Shown here: positions 47,900 through 61,334 of the stretch, in pieces | Layout: each line of letters opens with the position of its first letter | Position numbering within the stretch: position 1 is the stretch's first letter | Source of the DNA: Mobula hypostoma | Taxonomy: Eukaryota | NCBI RefSeq assembly: GCF_963921235.1 | Contig: NC_086109.1 | Span: 3,164,001-3,228,000 of the forward strand | Reading direction: 5' to 3' | DNA length: 64,000 bases | The notes under the pieces: model-generated | What the model was told of the DNA's origin: nothing | Databases searched by the model: none | Seen by the model: the letters and a program-made list of their open reading frames with translations, nothing else | Program-made: the position numbers and the translations under genes

Positions 47900-49740
47900 A
47901 CGAGACATAGGAGAAGAATTAGGCCATTCTGCCCGTCGAGTCTGCTCCACCATTCCAACATGGCTGATTTACTATCCCTCTCAACACCATTCTCCTGCCA
48001 TCTCCCCATAACCTTTGATGCCCTGACTAACCTCCATTTTAAATATATTCAATGACTTGACTTCCACAGCTGTCTATGCCAATAAATTCCACAGATTCAC
48101 TTTGCTAAAAAAAATTCCTTCTCATCTCTATTCTAAATGAAAGTCCCTCTACCTGGGTTTGTGGCCTTTGGTCCTAAACTCCCCCACTATAGGAATCATC
48201 CTCTCCACATTCACTCTATCTAGACCTTTCAATATTCAACAGGTTTTAATGTGACTCCCCTCATTCTTCTAAAATTCTAGTAAGCACAGGCAAAAAGCCA
48301 TCAAATGCTCCTCATATGTTAACACTTCCATTCCCAGAATCATTCTTGTAAACCTCCTCTGGACCCTCTCCAATGCCAGCACATCTTTTTGTAGATAAGG
48401 GGCCCAAAACTGCTCACGAAGCTCCAAGTGCAGTCGGACCAACACCTTAGAAAGCCTCAGCATCACATCCGTACTCTATATTCTAATCCTAATCCTCTCA
48501 AGATGAATGTTAACATTGAGATTGCCTTCCCCACCACCAACCCAAACTGCAGGCGAACATTTAGGAAATCCTGCTCAAGGACTATAAAGTCCTATTGCAC
48601 CTCAGATTTTTGAATTTTCTTCCTATTTAGAAAATAGTCTATGCCTTTAATCCTTCTACCAAACTGTGTGACCATACACTTCCCAAAACCATATTCCCTC
48701 TGACACTTCATTGTCTATTCTCCCAATCTGTCCAAGTCCTTCTGCAGACTCCCTGCTTCCTCAACACTATCTGTCCATCCATCTATCTCTGCATCACCTG
48801 CAAACTTGGCCACAAAGCCAGCAATTCCATCATCCAAATCATTCACAGACAAAGTGAAAAGAAGCGGTCACAATACCAGCCCTACAGAACACGACTGGTC
48901 ACCAGCAGCCAACCATAACAAGCCCCATTTATTCAGACTCTTTTTCTCCTGCCAGGTAGCCAATCTTCTATCCATGCCAGTACCTTTCCTGCAATACCAT
49001 GGGTTGTAATCTTGTTCAGCAGCTTTGTAGTGGCTCCTTGTCAAAGGTTTTCTGAAAATCCGAGTGTACAGCATCCATTGAGTCTTCTTTGTCAACCCTG
49101 TGTGTTACTTCCTCAAAGTATTTCCAACAGGTACGTCAGGCAAGATTTCCCTTTAAGAAAACCAGGCTAAATTTGGCCTATTCTATCATGCCCCTTCAAG
49201 TAACTTTAAATCCCATCCTTAATAATGGATTCCAACAGCTTCCCAACCACTGAGGTAAGGCTAACTGGCCTTTATAAATTCCTGTCTGATGCCAACAAAT
49301 GTAGCACTTTCATTTGTGGACCAGTCCCATAGTTTTCCATGAATATTTTAAATCTAATAGAGTTGTGGTCACTCAAGATGCTCTCCCACTGACAGTTTGC
49401 CTTGCTACACATCCCAGTGGGAGGTTGAGAGATGACCTTCTCCCACTAGTAGGCCATCTACATATTGGAAAATTTTCCTGAACACGTTAAATCAATGCCC
49501 TTAGAAATATGGCAGTTCCACGCCATGTTAGGTAGTTAAAATCACTTACTATTTGTTTTCACAGATATATGTGATCTTCTTACATAATCATTTTTCTAAT
49601 TCTCACTTCTGGAGGGTTTACGGAATAGTCCCATCAAATGATCTCTCCTTTCATGTTCCTGAATTTACCCATATAGCCTCAATGGCCAATCCCCAAGAGT
49701 ATCCTCTCTAAGTACTGTCGACACATTGTTACTAATCAAA
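47900..49740 (-). mobile_element. Old CR1 LINE, degenerate
   Basis: LVRLHLELREQFWAPYLQKDVLALERVQRRFTR; FAGD; CR1 3' UTR near 47900. Confidence 0.8.
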
Positions 49741-50062
49741 ACAGCAGCTGCCCCACCCCCTTCCCCTGAACTTACTTCTGTGGCGTCTGACCAGTGATCT
49801 TACTTTAAGGATTTTTTATCTCATTACCTCATGTTCTCGTTATTTATTGCTATTTACTTATATTTGCATTTGTAGTTTTGTTGTCTTCTGCACTCTGATT
49901 GACCCTTCATTGATCCTGCTATAGTTACTATTCTATAGATTGGCTGTGTATGCCCACAGGAAAATAAATCGCAGGGTCGTAATGTACATGGTGACATATA
50001 TGTACCTTGATAATAAAACTGACATTGAACTTTGAAATATATCTATGAAGGTCATTGTTTAG

Positions 50063-52332
50063 CAAGCAGTAGTAAATCAAGGCAACTAGACTTGCTGCGT
50101 TGCCTAGAAGACATTTCGCCACTCATCCGAAAGGCTTCTTCAATTCTAATCCATGGCGGGTAGTTTTCTGGATTATAAACTCTGAGTACAGCAATCACAT
50201 GAGGGTCGTTAAGACTCATAGAGGTAATGAGAGGGTCATTAGTCCTATCTTTCCATGAATGGAGGTGTGAACTGCTGTGGAGATGCCGGGGTAGAGATGT
50301 TAGGACTGCATTGTGAGTAGCTGATAGCTGGGGTCGTACTCCATCCCCTCTGTACAGGGATGGGTTTTCCACTCTGACAAAGATGGCTTCTTTAACCCTT
50401 CTTTCAAACCACCTGTCCTTTTTTACAATGTACAGTATTTACCAAAGAAAATGGACATCTAGATATTGAAGTTTAATAGGATCAGTACCTACAGTTTGAC
50501 TCTCATCACCCAATAGAATGTAAGTTGGGGGTTATCAGAACACTACATCACCACACCGAGAATGTGTCCAACATCACGGCTAAAGACAAGGAGAGTAAGT
50601 ATTTGAGAAAAACCTTGAAAGCTTGTGGCCACCCTGACTGGCCTTCATCAAGACAGCAACAGAAACCAACAGGGACATCAGCCCGACAGACGGAGGTAAG
50701 GAGAAAAGCAGATGGAAAATCATAGTTTCAGAGAAACTCAGAAGGATTTTCAGCACCTAATCCCTGCACAAACAGGAGAACATCTGCAGGTGCTGGAAAT
50801 CCGAGCAACACACACAAAATGCTGAAAGAACTCCACAGGCCAGGCAGCATCTATGGAAAAAAGTATAGATGACATTTCGAGCCGAAACCCCTTGGCAGGA
50901 CTGGAGAAAAAAAAGCTGAGGAGTAGATTTAAAAGTTGGAGGGAGGGGAGAGAGAAATACAAGATGATAGGTGAAACTTGGAGGGGGACGGATAGAGTAA
51001 AGAGCTGGGAAGTTAATTGGTGAAAGAGACAGAAGTCCATGGAAGAAAGAAAAGGGGGAAGAGCACCCAAGGGAGATGATAGGCAGGCAAGGAGATAAGA
51101 TGAGAGAGTGAAAAGAGGATAGGAAATGGTGAAGGGAAACATTATCAGAAGTTTGAGAAATCGATGTTCATGCCATCAGGTTGGAGGCTACCCAAATGGA
51201 ATATAAGATGTTGTTCCTCCAACCTGAGTGTGGCCTCATCACAACCGTGGAGGAGGCCATGGATGGACATATCGGAATGGGAATAGGAAGTGGAATTAAC
51301 TTGGCTGACCACTGTGAGATCTCACATGTTCTGACAGACGGAGCGTAGATGCTCGGCGAAGCGGTCTCCCAATCTACGTCGGGTCGCACCGATATACAGG
51401 AGGCCACACTAGGAGCACTGAACACAGTAAATGACCCCAACGAACTCACAAGTGAAGTGTCGCCTCACCTGGAAGGACTGTTTGGGGCCCTGAATGGTAG
51501 TGAGGGAGGAGGTGTAGGGGCAGGTGTAGCACTTGTTCCGCTTGCAAGGATAAGTGCCGGGAGGGAGATGAGTAGGGAAAGACGAATGGAGAAGGGAGTC
51601 ATTTAGGGGGTGATCCCTGCAGAAAGCAGAAAGTGAGGGGGAGGGAAAGTAGTGCTTGGTGGTGGAGCCAGCTGGAGGTGGTGAAAACACATGGAAAATA
51701 CCTGTGGTTTTCAAACCTACTGACACACTCAGACAGAAACTCATCCATCCCAGGGATCCTACGCCCAAAGATAAACACAGCAATGTTGTATTTGCTATTC
51801 AATGCGGTGAGAACCATACAGATCCGCACATCAGCGAGACAAAACATCCACTTCACAAGTGGAGTTAACATAGGAGGATTAACACCTCAGGTCAAGATTC
51901 GGCTGTATTAAAGGACAAGGGACATGCCTTTGATGATAACAATATGCACATTTTGGACAGGGAGGACAGGTAGTTTGAAAGAAGGGTTAAAGAAGCCATC
52001 TTTGTCAAAGTGGAAAACCCATCCCTGTACAGAGGAGTTGGGGTACGACCCCACCTATCAGCTACTTGCAATGCAGTCCTAACATCACTACCCCAGCATC
52101 TCCACTACAGTTCATACCTCCATTCACGCAAGAATAAGACTGGTGACCCTTTCTTTATCTCTATGTCTCTTAACAATCCTCATGTGATCGCTGTATCTTT
52201 AAACAACTCACAGAGTTTATAAGCTGAAAAACTAGCCACCATGGATCAGAACTCAAGAAGCCTTGGAGATGAGTGGCAAAATGTCTTCAAGACAACACAG
52301 CAAGTCCAGTTGCCTTGATTTACTACTGCTTG
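50063..52332 (+). mobile_element. Penelope-like element (Poseidon/Penelope-type) with inverted 5' arm
   Basis: 50063-50420 is the inverse of about 51950-52332; body has DQYLQFDSHHP..LGVIRTL and VVFKPTDTLRQKLIHP..NVVFAIQC..ISETK (GIY-YIG). Confidence 0.87.
50770..51668 (-). mobile_element. Neptune-type Penelope fragment nested in the Poseidon-type element
   Basis: GTYPCKRNKCYTCPY linker and FTCEFVGVIYCVQCS; pseudo-LTR homologous to 1627-2396. Confidence 0.85.
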
Positions 52333-53559
52333 ATATTGAAAGTTTTGAAATTTGTCTGTACCCCATAACTTTGTGATTGTGGGCAAATCTGAGCACTAAG
52401 TTCTAGATAGCCAGCCATGAGGAGAACCAGTTACACAGTTTCCATGTCAATGCTTCTCAGAATTCCCAGTAAATTCACCTGCCATTCCCCTTTGTTCGAG
52501 TGAGTTTAGAATACAGAACAGAAAAGAAGGGAAACAGGCTATTCGGCCCATAGACTGTACCAAGCAGCCTGTCTGCACATGCTCAGTAACACTCTATTCC
52601 TTGCCAGTTTATTCTGTCTATGTATCTCCCTAACGTTGATTGCCATAGCTGTTTCTACTATGTCACCCGGCAATGCGTTCTAGCACCTGCCTCTCTCTGT
52701 ATAAAAAGCTCGTTACACGAATCTCCTGTAAACTCACCCCTTCTCACCTTAAACCTATTCTCTCTGGTATTAGGCATCTCCATCCTGGATAAAAGGGTCA
52801 TGATTACTTACCCTGTCTTTGCCTCTCATAATGAATTATTCACCTCAGATCTCCCCTCAACCTCTGGTGTCTCATACAAAACCATCCAACATCTCAGAAT
52901 GACCCTCCAGTTCAGGTGACCCTCTTCCAAAGACTTGTCTATCCTGTGGGGTGAAGACTTGGTTAAGGCATTAGGTTGATTTCGAGTGGCGGTTCATAGG
53001 ATCTTAATTCGTAAGGGTATCAAAGGTTATAAGGAGAAGGCAAGAGAGGGGTAATATATCAGCCATGATAGAGTGACACACCAGATTTGATGGGCTGAAT
53101 GGACCAATTCTACTCCTATAGTGTTATGGATGAGAAAAATACACATGATACTTCAAAACTGGCTGAACCAAATTTATATACAGATGTAATATGACTTCTT
53201 GTTATTGCTACTCAGTGCTATGACTGATAGTGGAAAGTATTTTATATGTCTTCTTCACCATCTTCTCTACCCGCATCAAAACATTCAAGGAACACCAGGA
53301 TTCCTTGTCCCCACAGTTTTGTAGTACTCGCCAGAGCCCTGACCTTTACTGAATTACTCTATCAGACTGTATCATCATCGAAACAAAGGGCTGCATTCTT
53401 ATACTGCAAGGGAGCTCCAATGCCCAGATTCAGTGCTGAGCTCTGCAACTGTATGTCTGATGGGAACCTGTGGAGAAGAAAGTAGGGTTTATGTAAATGG
53501 ACCTTAATTGATGACCTGAACTCAGTAGGACAAAGAGCCTGTATCCATCTTGTAATCTT

Positions 53560-54450
53560 TACGTTTGCTGATGATACCACTGTTGGCCGAATCAAAGGTG
53601 GTGACAAATCAGCAGGTAGGAGGAAGGTTGAAAATCTGAGTGGTGCCACAACAACAACCTCTTACTCACCATCAGCAAGATGAAGGAGCTGATTATTGAC
53701 CAGTGGGAGCAAACCGGAAGTCCATGAGTCAGTCATCATCAGGGGGTTAGAGGAGGAGAAGGTCGACAACTTTAAATTCCTTGGTGTTATTATTTCAAGG
53801 AAAGAACAGCAGCACCTTTACTTCCTTCGAAGTTTGCGAAGATTTGGTGTAACATCGAAAACTTTGTTAAACTGCCATAGAAGCTTAGCAGAGAGTATAT
53901 TGACTGGCTGCAACGCAGTCTGGTAAGGAAACACCAATGCTCTTGAAAGGAAAGTCCTACAAGTAGAGGATAGGGCCCAGTCCATATGGGAAAAGCCCTG
54001 TCCACCACTGAGCACATCCACACAGAGCTTTGTGGTTGCAGGAAAGCAGCATCCATCATTAGGGACCCTCACCTCATAGATCACGCTCTCGTATTACTGC
54101 TGCCATCATGAAGAAGGTATGGGAGCCTCAGGGCTCAGACAACTAACAGTCATTACCCTCAAACATTAGACTTTGAACCAGAGGAGATAACTGCACTCAA
54201 GTTCACTTTCCCCATCATGGAACTGTTCCCACAATCTATGGACTCACTTTTAAGGATTCTTCCTCTCATGTTCTTGATATTTATTGCTTATTTATTTTTA
54301 TACTTTTTCTTTCTTTTTATATTTGCACAGTTTATCATTTGCACTCAGGTTGTCTGCCCTACTGGGTGTGGTATTTCACTGACTCTGTTATTGGATACTC
54401 ACAAGAAAGTGAATCTCAGGGTGACATATATTTACTTTGATAATAAGTTC
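53560..54450 (+). mobile_element. Rex1/Babar-type LINE 3' fragment
   Basis: FADDTTVGRI, FKFLGVII and QQHLYFLRSLRR motifs. Confidence 0.8.
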
Positions 54451-54451
54451 T

Positions 54452-54900
54452 CCACTGGCTGGGCCACGTACACCGCATGTCAGACGGGAGGATCCCAAAA
54501 AACCTGCCGTACGGGGAACTGGCCTCCGGTAAGAGAGCACAAGGGTGGCCCCATCTTCGTTTCAAAGACGTTTGCAAGAGAGACATGAAGTCACTGAAAA
54601 TGAATGTCGAGAGGTGGGAGGACATCGCAAGCGATCGCTCTCACTGGAGGCTGGAACTGCGCAGAGGTCTGAAAAGAGGAGAAGAGAAGCTGAGGCTTGC
54701 TGCTGAGGAAAAGCACACTCGTCAGAAAAACAGCACCAAGACAACACTGGAGGACAGCGGCCTTCAAGTGCAGTCACTGCAGCCGAGACTGTCACTCCCG
54801 TGTGGGCCTCTACAGCCACAACAGACGCTGCTCTAACACAGACTGAAGCAAGACTTTCCAGGCGCAGATCCATGGTCTCGCGAGACTAACGGATACCACC
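54452..54900 (+). mobile_element. RTE-1-type LINE 3' end
   Basis: WLGHVHRMSDGRIPKNLPYGEL..RFKDVCKRDMK; C-terminal CSHCSRDCHSRVGLYSHNRRC finger, stop codon, short 3' UTR. Confidence 0.88.
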
Positions 54901-55231
54901 ACAAGTTTACTTTTGATTTTTTGAACTGGTCTGAACTTTCTTAATCACTGCCCAATGATAGTTACCAACGATACTTTGATTAGTCAATGCCTGAGGTGTT
55001 CTGTTGTCAACGCCGATCTGGCCCGTAACAGCAATTGCCATGGAACAACACTTGCTGAGACTCTGAAGGATCCTATAACAATAACTCAATCAAGATAGAG
55101 AAAGAGAGCAGATAATGCCCACATGACCAGACTTCCTGTGGCCCATCACAAGTTAATCGTTATGTATTTCCTGTGGCCCATCACAATTTAATCATTATTT
55201 AAATAGGTAGTTTCTTAATTTGCTTATCTTG

Positions 55232-56322
55232 TGTCAGATCATTTGGCTATGGCCCAGATACGGAGAGAGAGAGAGACACTGAAGCAAGTTAACAATTCAC
55301 CGACTTTAATGCAAACTTTCCAGCTTCAAGGGAAAGGAAAACAATAAACGCTGTGCACACTGGGCCATAAATTAAACTCTCAAACTGAAAGTAAAATGCT
55401 AACACCATGGCTGAAAGCAATAGCTAAATACCAAACAACTACAACTCCTTCCCAGCATCAGTCGAAGTGGTAGCAGTCTTTCTCAGACAAGGACAAAGAA
55501 AAGCAGGAAACGTATTGTTGCTGTGCTTTGCGCAAGGTCTCGACAAGACTACCACAAAAAGCAGGGAGTTAAATACAGCCATAATGAAACAGTAATTAGC
55601 TGAAACGTGCATATTCACAAACGCAATACCTGAACCCACGGTCATAGTCATAGTCATAGTCATAGTCATACTTTATTGATCCTGGGGGAAATTGGTTTTC
55701 GTGACAGTTGCACCATAAATAATTAAATAGCAATATGTAAATTGTGCCAGGAAATAAGTCCAGGACCAGCCTATTGGCTCAGGTTGTCTGACCCTCCAAG
55801 GGAGGAGTTGTAAAGTTTGATGGCCACAGGCAGGAATGACTTCCTATGACGCTCTGTGTTGCATCTCGGTGGAATGAGTCTCTGGCTGAATGAACTCCTG
55901 TGCCCAACCAGGATGTTATGTAGTGGATGGAAGACATTGTCCAAAATGGCATGCAACTTGGACAGCATCCTCCTTTCAGACACCACCGTGAGAGAGTCCA
56001 GTTCCATCCCCACAACATCACTGGCCTTACGATTAATTCTGTTGGTGTTTGCTACCCTCAGCCTGCTGCCCCAGCACACCACAGCAAACATGATCGCACT
56101 GGCCACCACAGGCTCATAGAACATCCTCAGCATCGTCGGGCAGATGTTAAAGGACCTCAGTCTCCTTAGGAAATAGAGACGGCTCTGACCCTTCTTGTAG
56201 ACAGCCTCAGTGTTCTTTGACCAGTCCAGTTTACTGTCAATTCATATCCCCAGGTATTTGTAATCCTCCACCATGTCCACACATGCAGTGTAGACTCTAC
56301 AGCAGAGTCCATGGTTGTGACA
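55232..56322 (-). mobile_element. Solo LTR with a nested Rex/Babar LINE
   Basis: TGTCA...TGACA ends; near-perfect 5-bp TSD tcttg/tctgg; LINE occupies about 55641-56282. Confidence 0.6.
55641..56282 (-). mobile_element. Rex1/Babar LINE 3' fragment
   Basis: VEDYKYLG, FYEPVVASAIMFAVVCWG and RKSFLPVAIKLYN motifs; (gactat)n tail; same family as 15951-16347. Confidence 0.88.
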
Positions 56323-56929
56323 TCTGGTCTCAATACCCTCCACTTCTGCTAAGTGCATTTCCCTGCTTTCTACAGTGGAAGACCGTGGAAATGTAAGAGT
56401 CAGCTGCCCTGTTGTGCCTTGGGCTCTTACCAGGCCCCGATTTGCTCTCTGGGAAAATGGTAAGCATAACTCTATGTTGATTGGCCACATCAGCATCGTT
56501 ATGTGTCATGCCATATGACGTACGTGATCATGGTCTATCCATGACCAGGATTGTTCTTGGCATTTTTTTCTACAGAAGTGGTTTGCCATTACCTTCTTCT
56601 GGGCAGTGTTATTACAGGACGGGTGACCCCAACCATTATCATTACATTCAGAGATAGTCTGCCTGGTGTCAGTGGTAGCATAACCAGCACTTGTGCAGTA
56701 ATTAAACCGATTTGCTCGCCCTACATACATAAACATAAATAACGGTGTATGATCCATTGAGTAGAAGGTACCAAACTGATTTATGGCTCTCTGCTTAGAA
56801 AAATTATTATTCACTGAAATGGGATTAAGATACCTGGAAGGATATTATAGGGTGGATCAGTCACGGATTTCCAAAGGTAAGACAGCGGTCTTGCATGACG
56901 TGTCGAATCCAGCATTGGCTGCTTTCTAT

Positions 56930-57500
56930 TCAGAATCAGAATCAGGTTTAATATCACCAGCATATGTCATGAAATTTGTTAAATTTGTGGCAGCAGTACA
57001 TTCCGATACATGACAATACAGAGAAAAAACAGTGAATTACAGTAAGAATATATATTAAATTAAATAAATTGTGCAAATAAAATTGAAATAAAAAAGTAGT
57101 GAGGTAGTGTTCATGGGTTCAGTGTCCATTCAGAAATCTGATGGCAGAGGGGAAGAAGCTGTTCCTGAATCACTGAGTGTGTGTTTTCAGGCTCCTGTAC
57201 CTCCTACCTGATGGTAGCAATGAGAACATGGCATGACCTGGGTGATGGAGGTCCTTAATGATGGATGCTTCCTTTATGAGGGATCGCTCCTTGTGATGCC
57301 CTGGATACGACAGAGGCTAGTGCCCATGATGGAGCTGATCAATATTACAACTCTCTGCAGCTTATTCCGATCCTGTTCAGTGACACCTCCACCGACACAC
57401 CACTCCCCCAACCCACCCATACCAGGCAGTGATGCAGCCAACCTGAATTCTCTCCATGGTACATCTGTGGGAATTTGCACGAGTTTTCCGTGACATGACA
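56930..57500 (-). mobile_element. Rex1/Babar-type LINE 3' fragment
   Basis: (aatcag)n tail and homology to 10815-11230. Confidence 0.75.
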
Positions 57501-58381
57501 AAGCTCTGCTTTGTATTCTGCCCCTTGTCTCAGATGGTTACATCAGCAGTGGTATGCTGTATGTTCTGACTAGTGCAGAGTTTGATCAGAAGGTGTGAGC
57601 TATTAATAGTGTGTGCGGTGACATTAAAATGCAAAAAGCAGTCACACTGTGTAAGTTGTACCAGAATGACGGGTTTCTTCGGTTGAACTTCTCTTCTTCA
57701 GTTCATTGACCAACCTATAGCGGGATTTTTGTGTTCCAGCTCTGGTAAATAAAAATATTTGAGAGAACCGAAGTGAAGGTAAATCTTTCCGTTCCTTCAA
57801 TTCCTGATTTTCAAAACTAATTCTGCCACTTCAAAAAAACAGTAGTACTTGTTCTAGTCTCAGGTCACCTTGCCATCTTTCACAGAAGCCACTGAACCCT
57901 TCTTGTTATGTGAGGCAGTGAAACAAGCCCAGAGGCTAACAGGATACCTGGTGTCTCTGCTGAAGGTGCTGAACTGCTACCACTGCAGCCGAGCACCTGC
58001 TTAAGAATTCCTCTGATCTGTGCTATGAATTGTGTGGAAAAAAACATGGGGCATATCTTTCCAAGCTGTATGGAACCACAATTACAAGGTTATGACACAA
58101 CAGAATACTAATTGGAACAGAATTGCAAATACAGGACCAAATACTGATCTTTTAGCTGACTCAGAGCTTTAATTGCTGGATGATGATGTTAAAGAGGTGG
58201 GAATTCATGATACGAGAGGCTGGAGTTGGTTAATAAATCATAAGTCTCTCTCTCAAACCCCTTCCCCTGAGAGTCTTCACTAGCTAAGTGCTAGTATAAG
58301 GTTATATAACCTATATAAGCTTATTGACTTGAAACAATATATCTTTCTCTGTCCAAAGATGCTGAATGACTTCCTGAGGAT

Positions 58382-60177
58382 GCTGATGTAAATACTCGGT
58401 CTGTTACAGCGACACTGATGCAGATACTCGATCTGTTACAGGGACACTGATGCAGATACTCAGTCTGTTACAGGGACACGGATGCAGATACTCGGTCTGT
58501 TACAGTGACACTGATGCAGATACTCGGTCTGTTACAGTGACACTGATGCAGATACTTGGTCTGTTACAGCGACACTGATGCAGATACACGGTCTGTTACA
58601 GCGACGCTGATGCAGATACTCGGTCTGTTACAGAGACGCTGATGCAGATACTCGGTCTGTTACAGCGACGCTGATGCAGATACTCGGTCTGTTACAGGGA
58701 CGCTGATGCAGATACTCGGTCTGTTACAGCGACGCTGATGCAGATATTCGGTCTGTTACAGCGACACTGATGTAGATACTCGGTCTGTTACAGTGACACT
58801 GATGCAGATACTCGGTCTGTTACAGGGACACTGATGCAGATACTCGGTCTGTTACAGTGACACTGATGCAGATACTCGGTCTGTTACAGGGACACTGATG
58901 CAGATACTCGGTCTGTTACAGCGACGCTGATGTAGATACTCGGTCTGTTACAGGGACGCTGATGTAGATACTCGGTCTGTTACAGGGACGCTGATGCAGA
59001 TACTCGGTCTGTTACAGTGACACTGATGCAGATACTCGGTCTGTTACAGGGTCACTGATGCAGATACTCGGTCTGTTACAGGGACACTGATGCAGATACT
59101 CGGTCTGTTACAGTGACACGGATGCAGATACTCGGTCTGTTACAGCGACACTGATGTAGATACTCGGTCTGTTACAGGGACACTGATGTAGATACTCGGT
59201 CTGTTACAGTGACGCTGATGCAGATACTCGGTCTGTTACAGGGACGCTGATGCAGATACTCGGTCTGTTACAGCGACGCTGATGCAGATACTCGGTCTGT
59301 TACAGGGACGCTGATGCAGATACTCGGTCTGTTACAGCGACGCTGATGCAGATACTCGGTCTGTTACAGGGACGCTGATGCAGATACTCGGTCTGTTACA
59401 GCGACGCTGATGCAGATACTCGGTCTGTTACAGGGACACTGATGCAGATACTCAGTCTGTTACAGGGACACTGATGCAGATCTCGGTCTGTTACAGCGAC
59501 ACTGATGCAGATACTCGGTCTGTTACAGCGACACTGATGCAGATACTCGGTCTGTTACAGGGACGCTGATGCAGATACTCGGTCTGTTAAGGGGACGCTG
59601 ATGCAGATACTCGGTCTGTTACAGGGACGCTGATGCAGATACTCGGTCTGTTACAGCGACGCTGATGTAGATACTCGGTCTGTTACGGGGACGCTGATGC
59701 AGATACTCGGTCTGTTACAGTGACACTGATGCAGATACTCGGTCTGTTACAGGGACACTGATGCAGATACTCGGTCTGTTACGGGGACACTGATGCAGAT
59801 ACTCGGTCTGTTACGGGGACACTGATGCAGATACTCGGTCTGTTACGGGGACACTGATGCAGATACTCGGTCTGTTACAGGGACACTGATGCAGATACTC
59901 GGTCTGTTACAGCGACACTGATGTAGATACTCGGTCTGTTACAGGGACACGGATGCAGATACTCGGTCTGTTACGGGGACACTGATGCAGATACTCGGTC
60001 TGTTACAGGGACACTGATGCAGATACTCGGTCTGTTACAGCGACACTGATGCAGATACTCGGTCTGTTACAGTGACACTGATGTAGATACTCGGTCTGTT
60101 ACAGTGACGCTGATGCAGATGCTCGGTCTGTTACAGTGACACTGATGTAGATACTCGGTCTGTTACAGGGACACTGC
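58382..60177. repeat. 32-bp minisatellite, about 56 copies
   Basis: Unit ctgatgcagatactcggtctgttacag(c/g/t)gac(a/g). Confidence 0.98.
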
Positions 60178-60310
60178 TGTAGAACATTAAGTTTTGTCTT
60201 TAACAACATAATTTTTGAATATTTCTGCTGAAGTGTTAGTGTCTGGTCTGTAAGATAATGGAATAGAGAAGAAAACATTGACTTTTAAACTGTTGTTTTT
60301 CAACGTTTCT

Positions 60311-60495
60311 CACACAATATGCCGGATGAACTCAGCTGGTCGGACAGCATCCGTGAAATAAAGTACAAAAGGGGGGTTTTGGAGCAAAGTGTCTACGGTA
60401 CATTTTTTCCATAGATTCTGCCTGGCCTGCTGAGCTCCTGTCGCATTTTGTGTGTGTCGCTTGGATTTCCAGCATCTGCACATTTTCTCTTGTTT
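60311..60495. mobile_element. Miniature fold-back Penelope pseudo-LTR remnant
   Basis: cacacaatatgc..gaactcagc...gctgagctc..cattttgtgtg..ggatttccagcatctgca. Confidence 0.65.
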
Positions 60496-61334
60496 GTGAT
60501 TCTTTCAAAGTTTAGTGTTTTCTGGATACAAGTGTTCTTTTTTGAATTTTTATTTCATTGGAACATGTCTTCATTTTGATATGGCGTCTATCCAGTGCTC
60601 CAGGTTGTGGAATGCTCTGGTCAACCAGTTCCAGTGTTTGAAGTTTGCCTGACATTGCCCTCCCTGTCTCTCACACTCCCTGCCTCTGCTAGCTCATTTT
60701 ATTGCTCTGCTGGTTTTGGGTTGTGGTTAAATTCTGCTCCCTACTATGGATTAGCTTTGATACTGACCGAGTTAGTGAGGCAGCCTGTGACACAAGGGGG
60801 AGTGGGGAAGAACAATAGTTTCGAGTTGAGACTCTTAGTTTCCTCGGGAGTGTCTATTGATCCAGGTAACATTTCCTTCATTTGTCCTTTTTATTTCTAG
60901 TCCATAAACCGACATTACTGCTACCATAGGTACCCTTGTTTAGTTATTGGTCCTCAGTAGATTATGTTCTGCGTTGACTCTTTCTAATGGCTTAAACAAA
61001 AATATTTAGTTTCTGTGTGCAATTTGGTCATTACATTTACAAAATTACACTCAGATGATAAATCTACAATTTTGGGGAAAGCATGGTAAAAATGTGAATT
61101 CCTAGTTTCACAAAAATAAACGCATCTTTTGTCAGCAGAGCATGCTGGGAACCAGTCACATTTTCCCACATTCAGAAGCACAAGGAAGTGCATTCATTGC
61201 ATTGACCGTGAATGTGTGTGAAATTCTAAATTCATGTCACTGTGACACTATCAACTTGCCTCAAAGCCTCAGGTGCCGGAGTTTCTCTGAGCGAGTTGAG
61301 TTTTGGATGAACCTCAGGGATTGCCTGATGTCCA

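Noticed and set aside
55134..55190. Short direct repeat ttcctgtggcccatcacaa (2 copies)
   Set aside because: A simple local duplication with no further structure.
58382..60177. CRISPR-like array
   Set aside because: Units abut directly with no unique spacers, there are no cas genes, and the context is eukaryotic.
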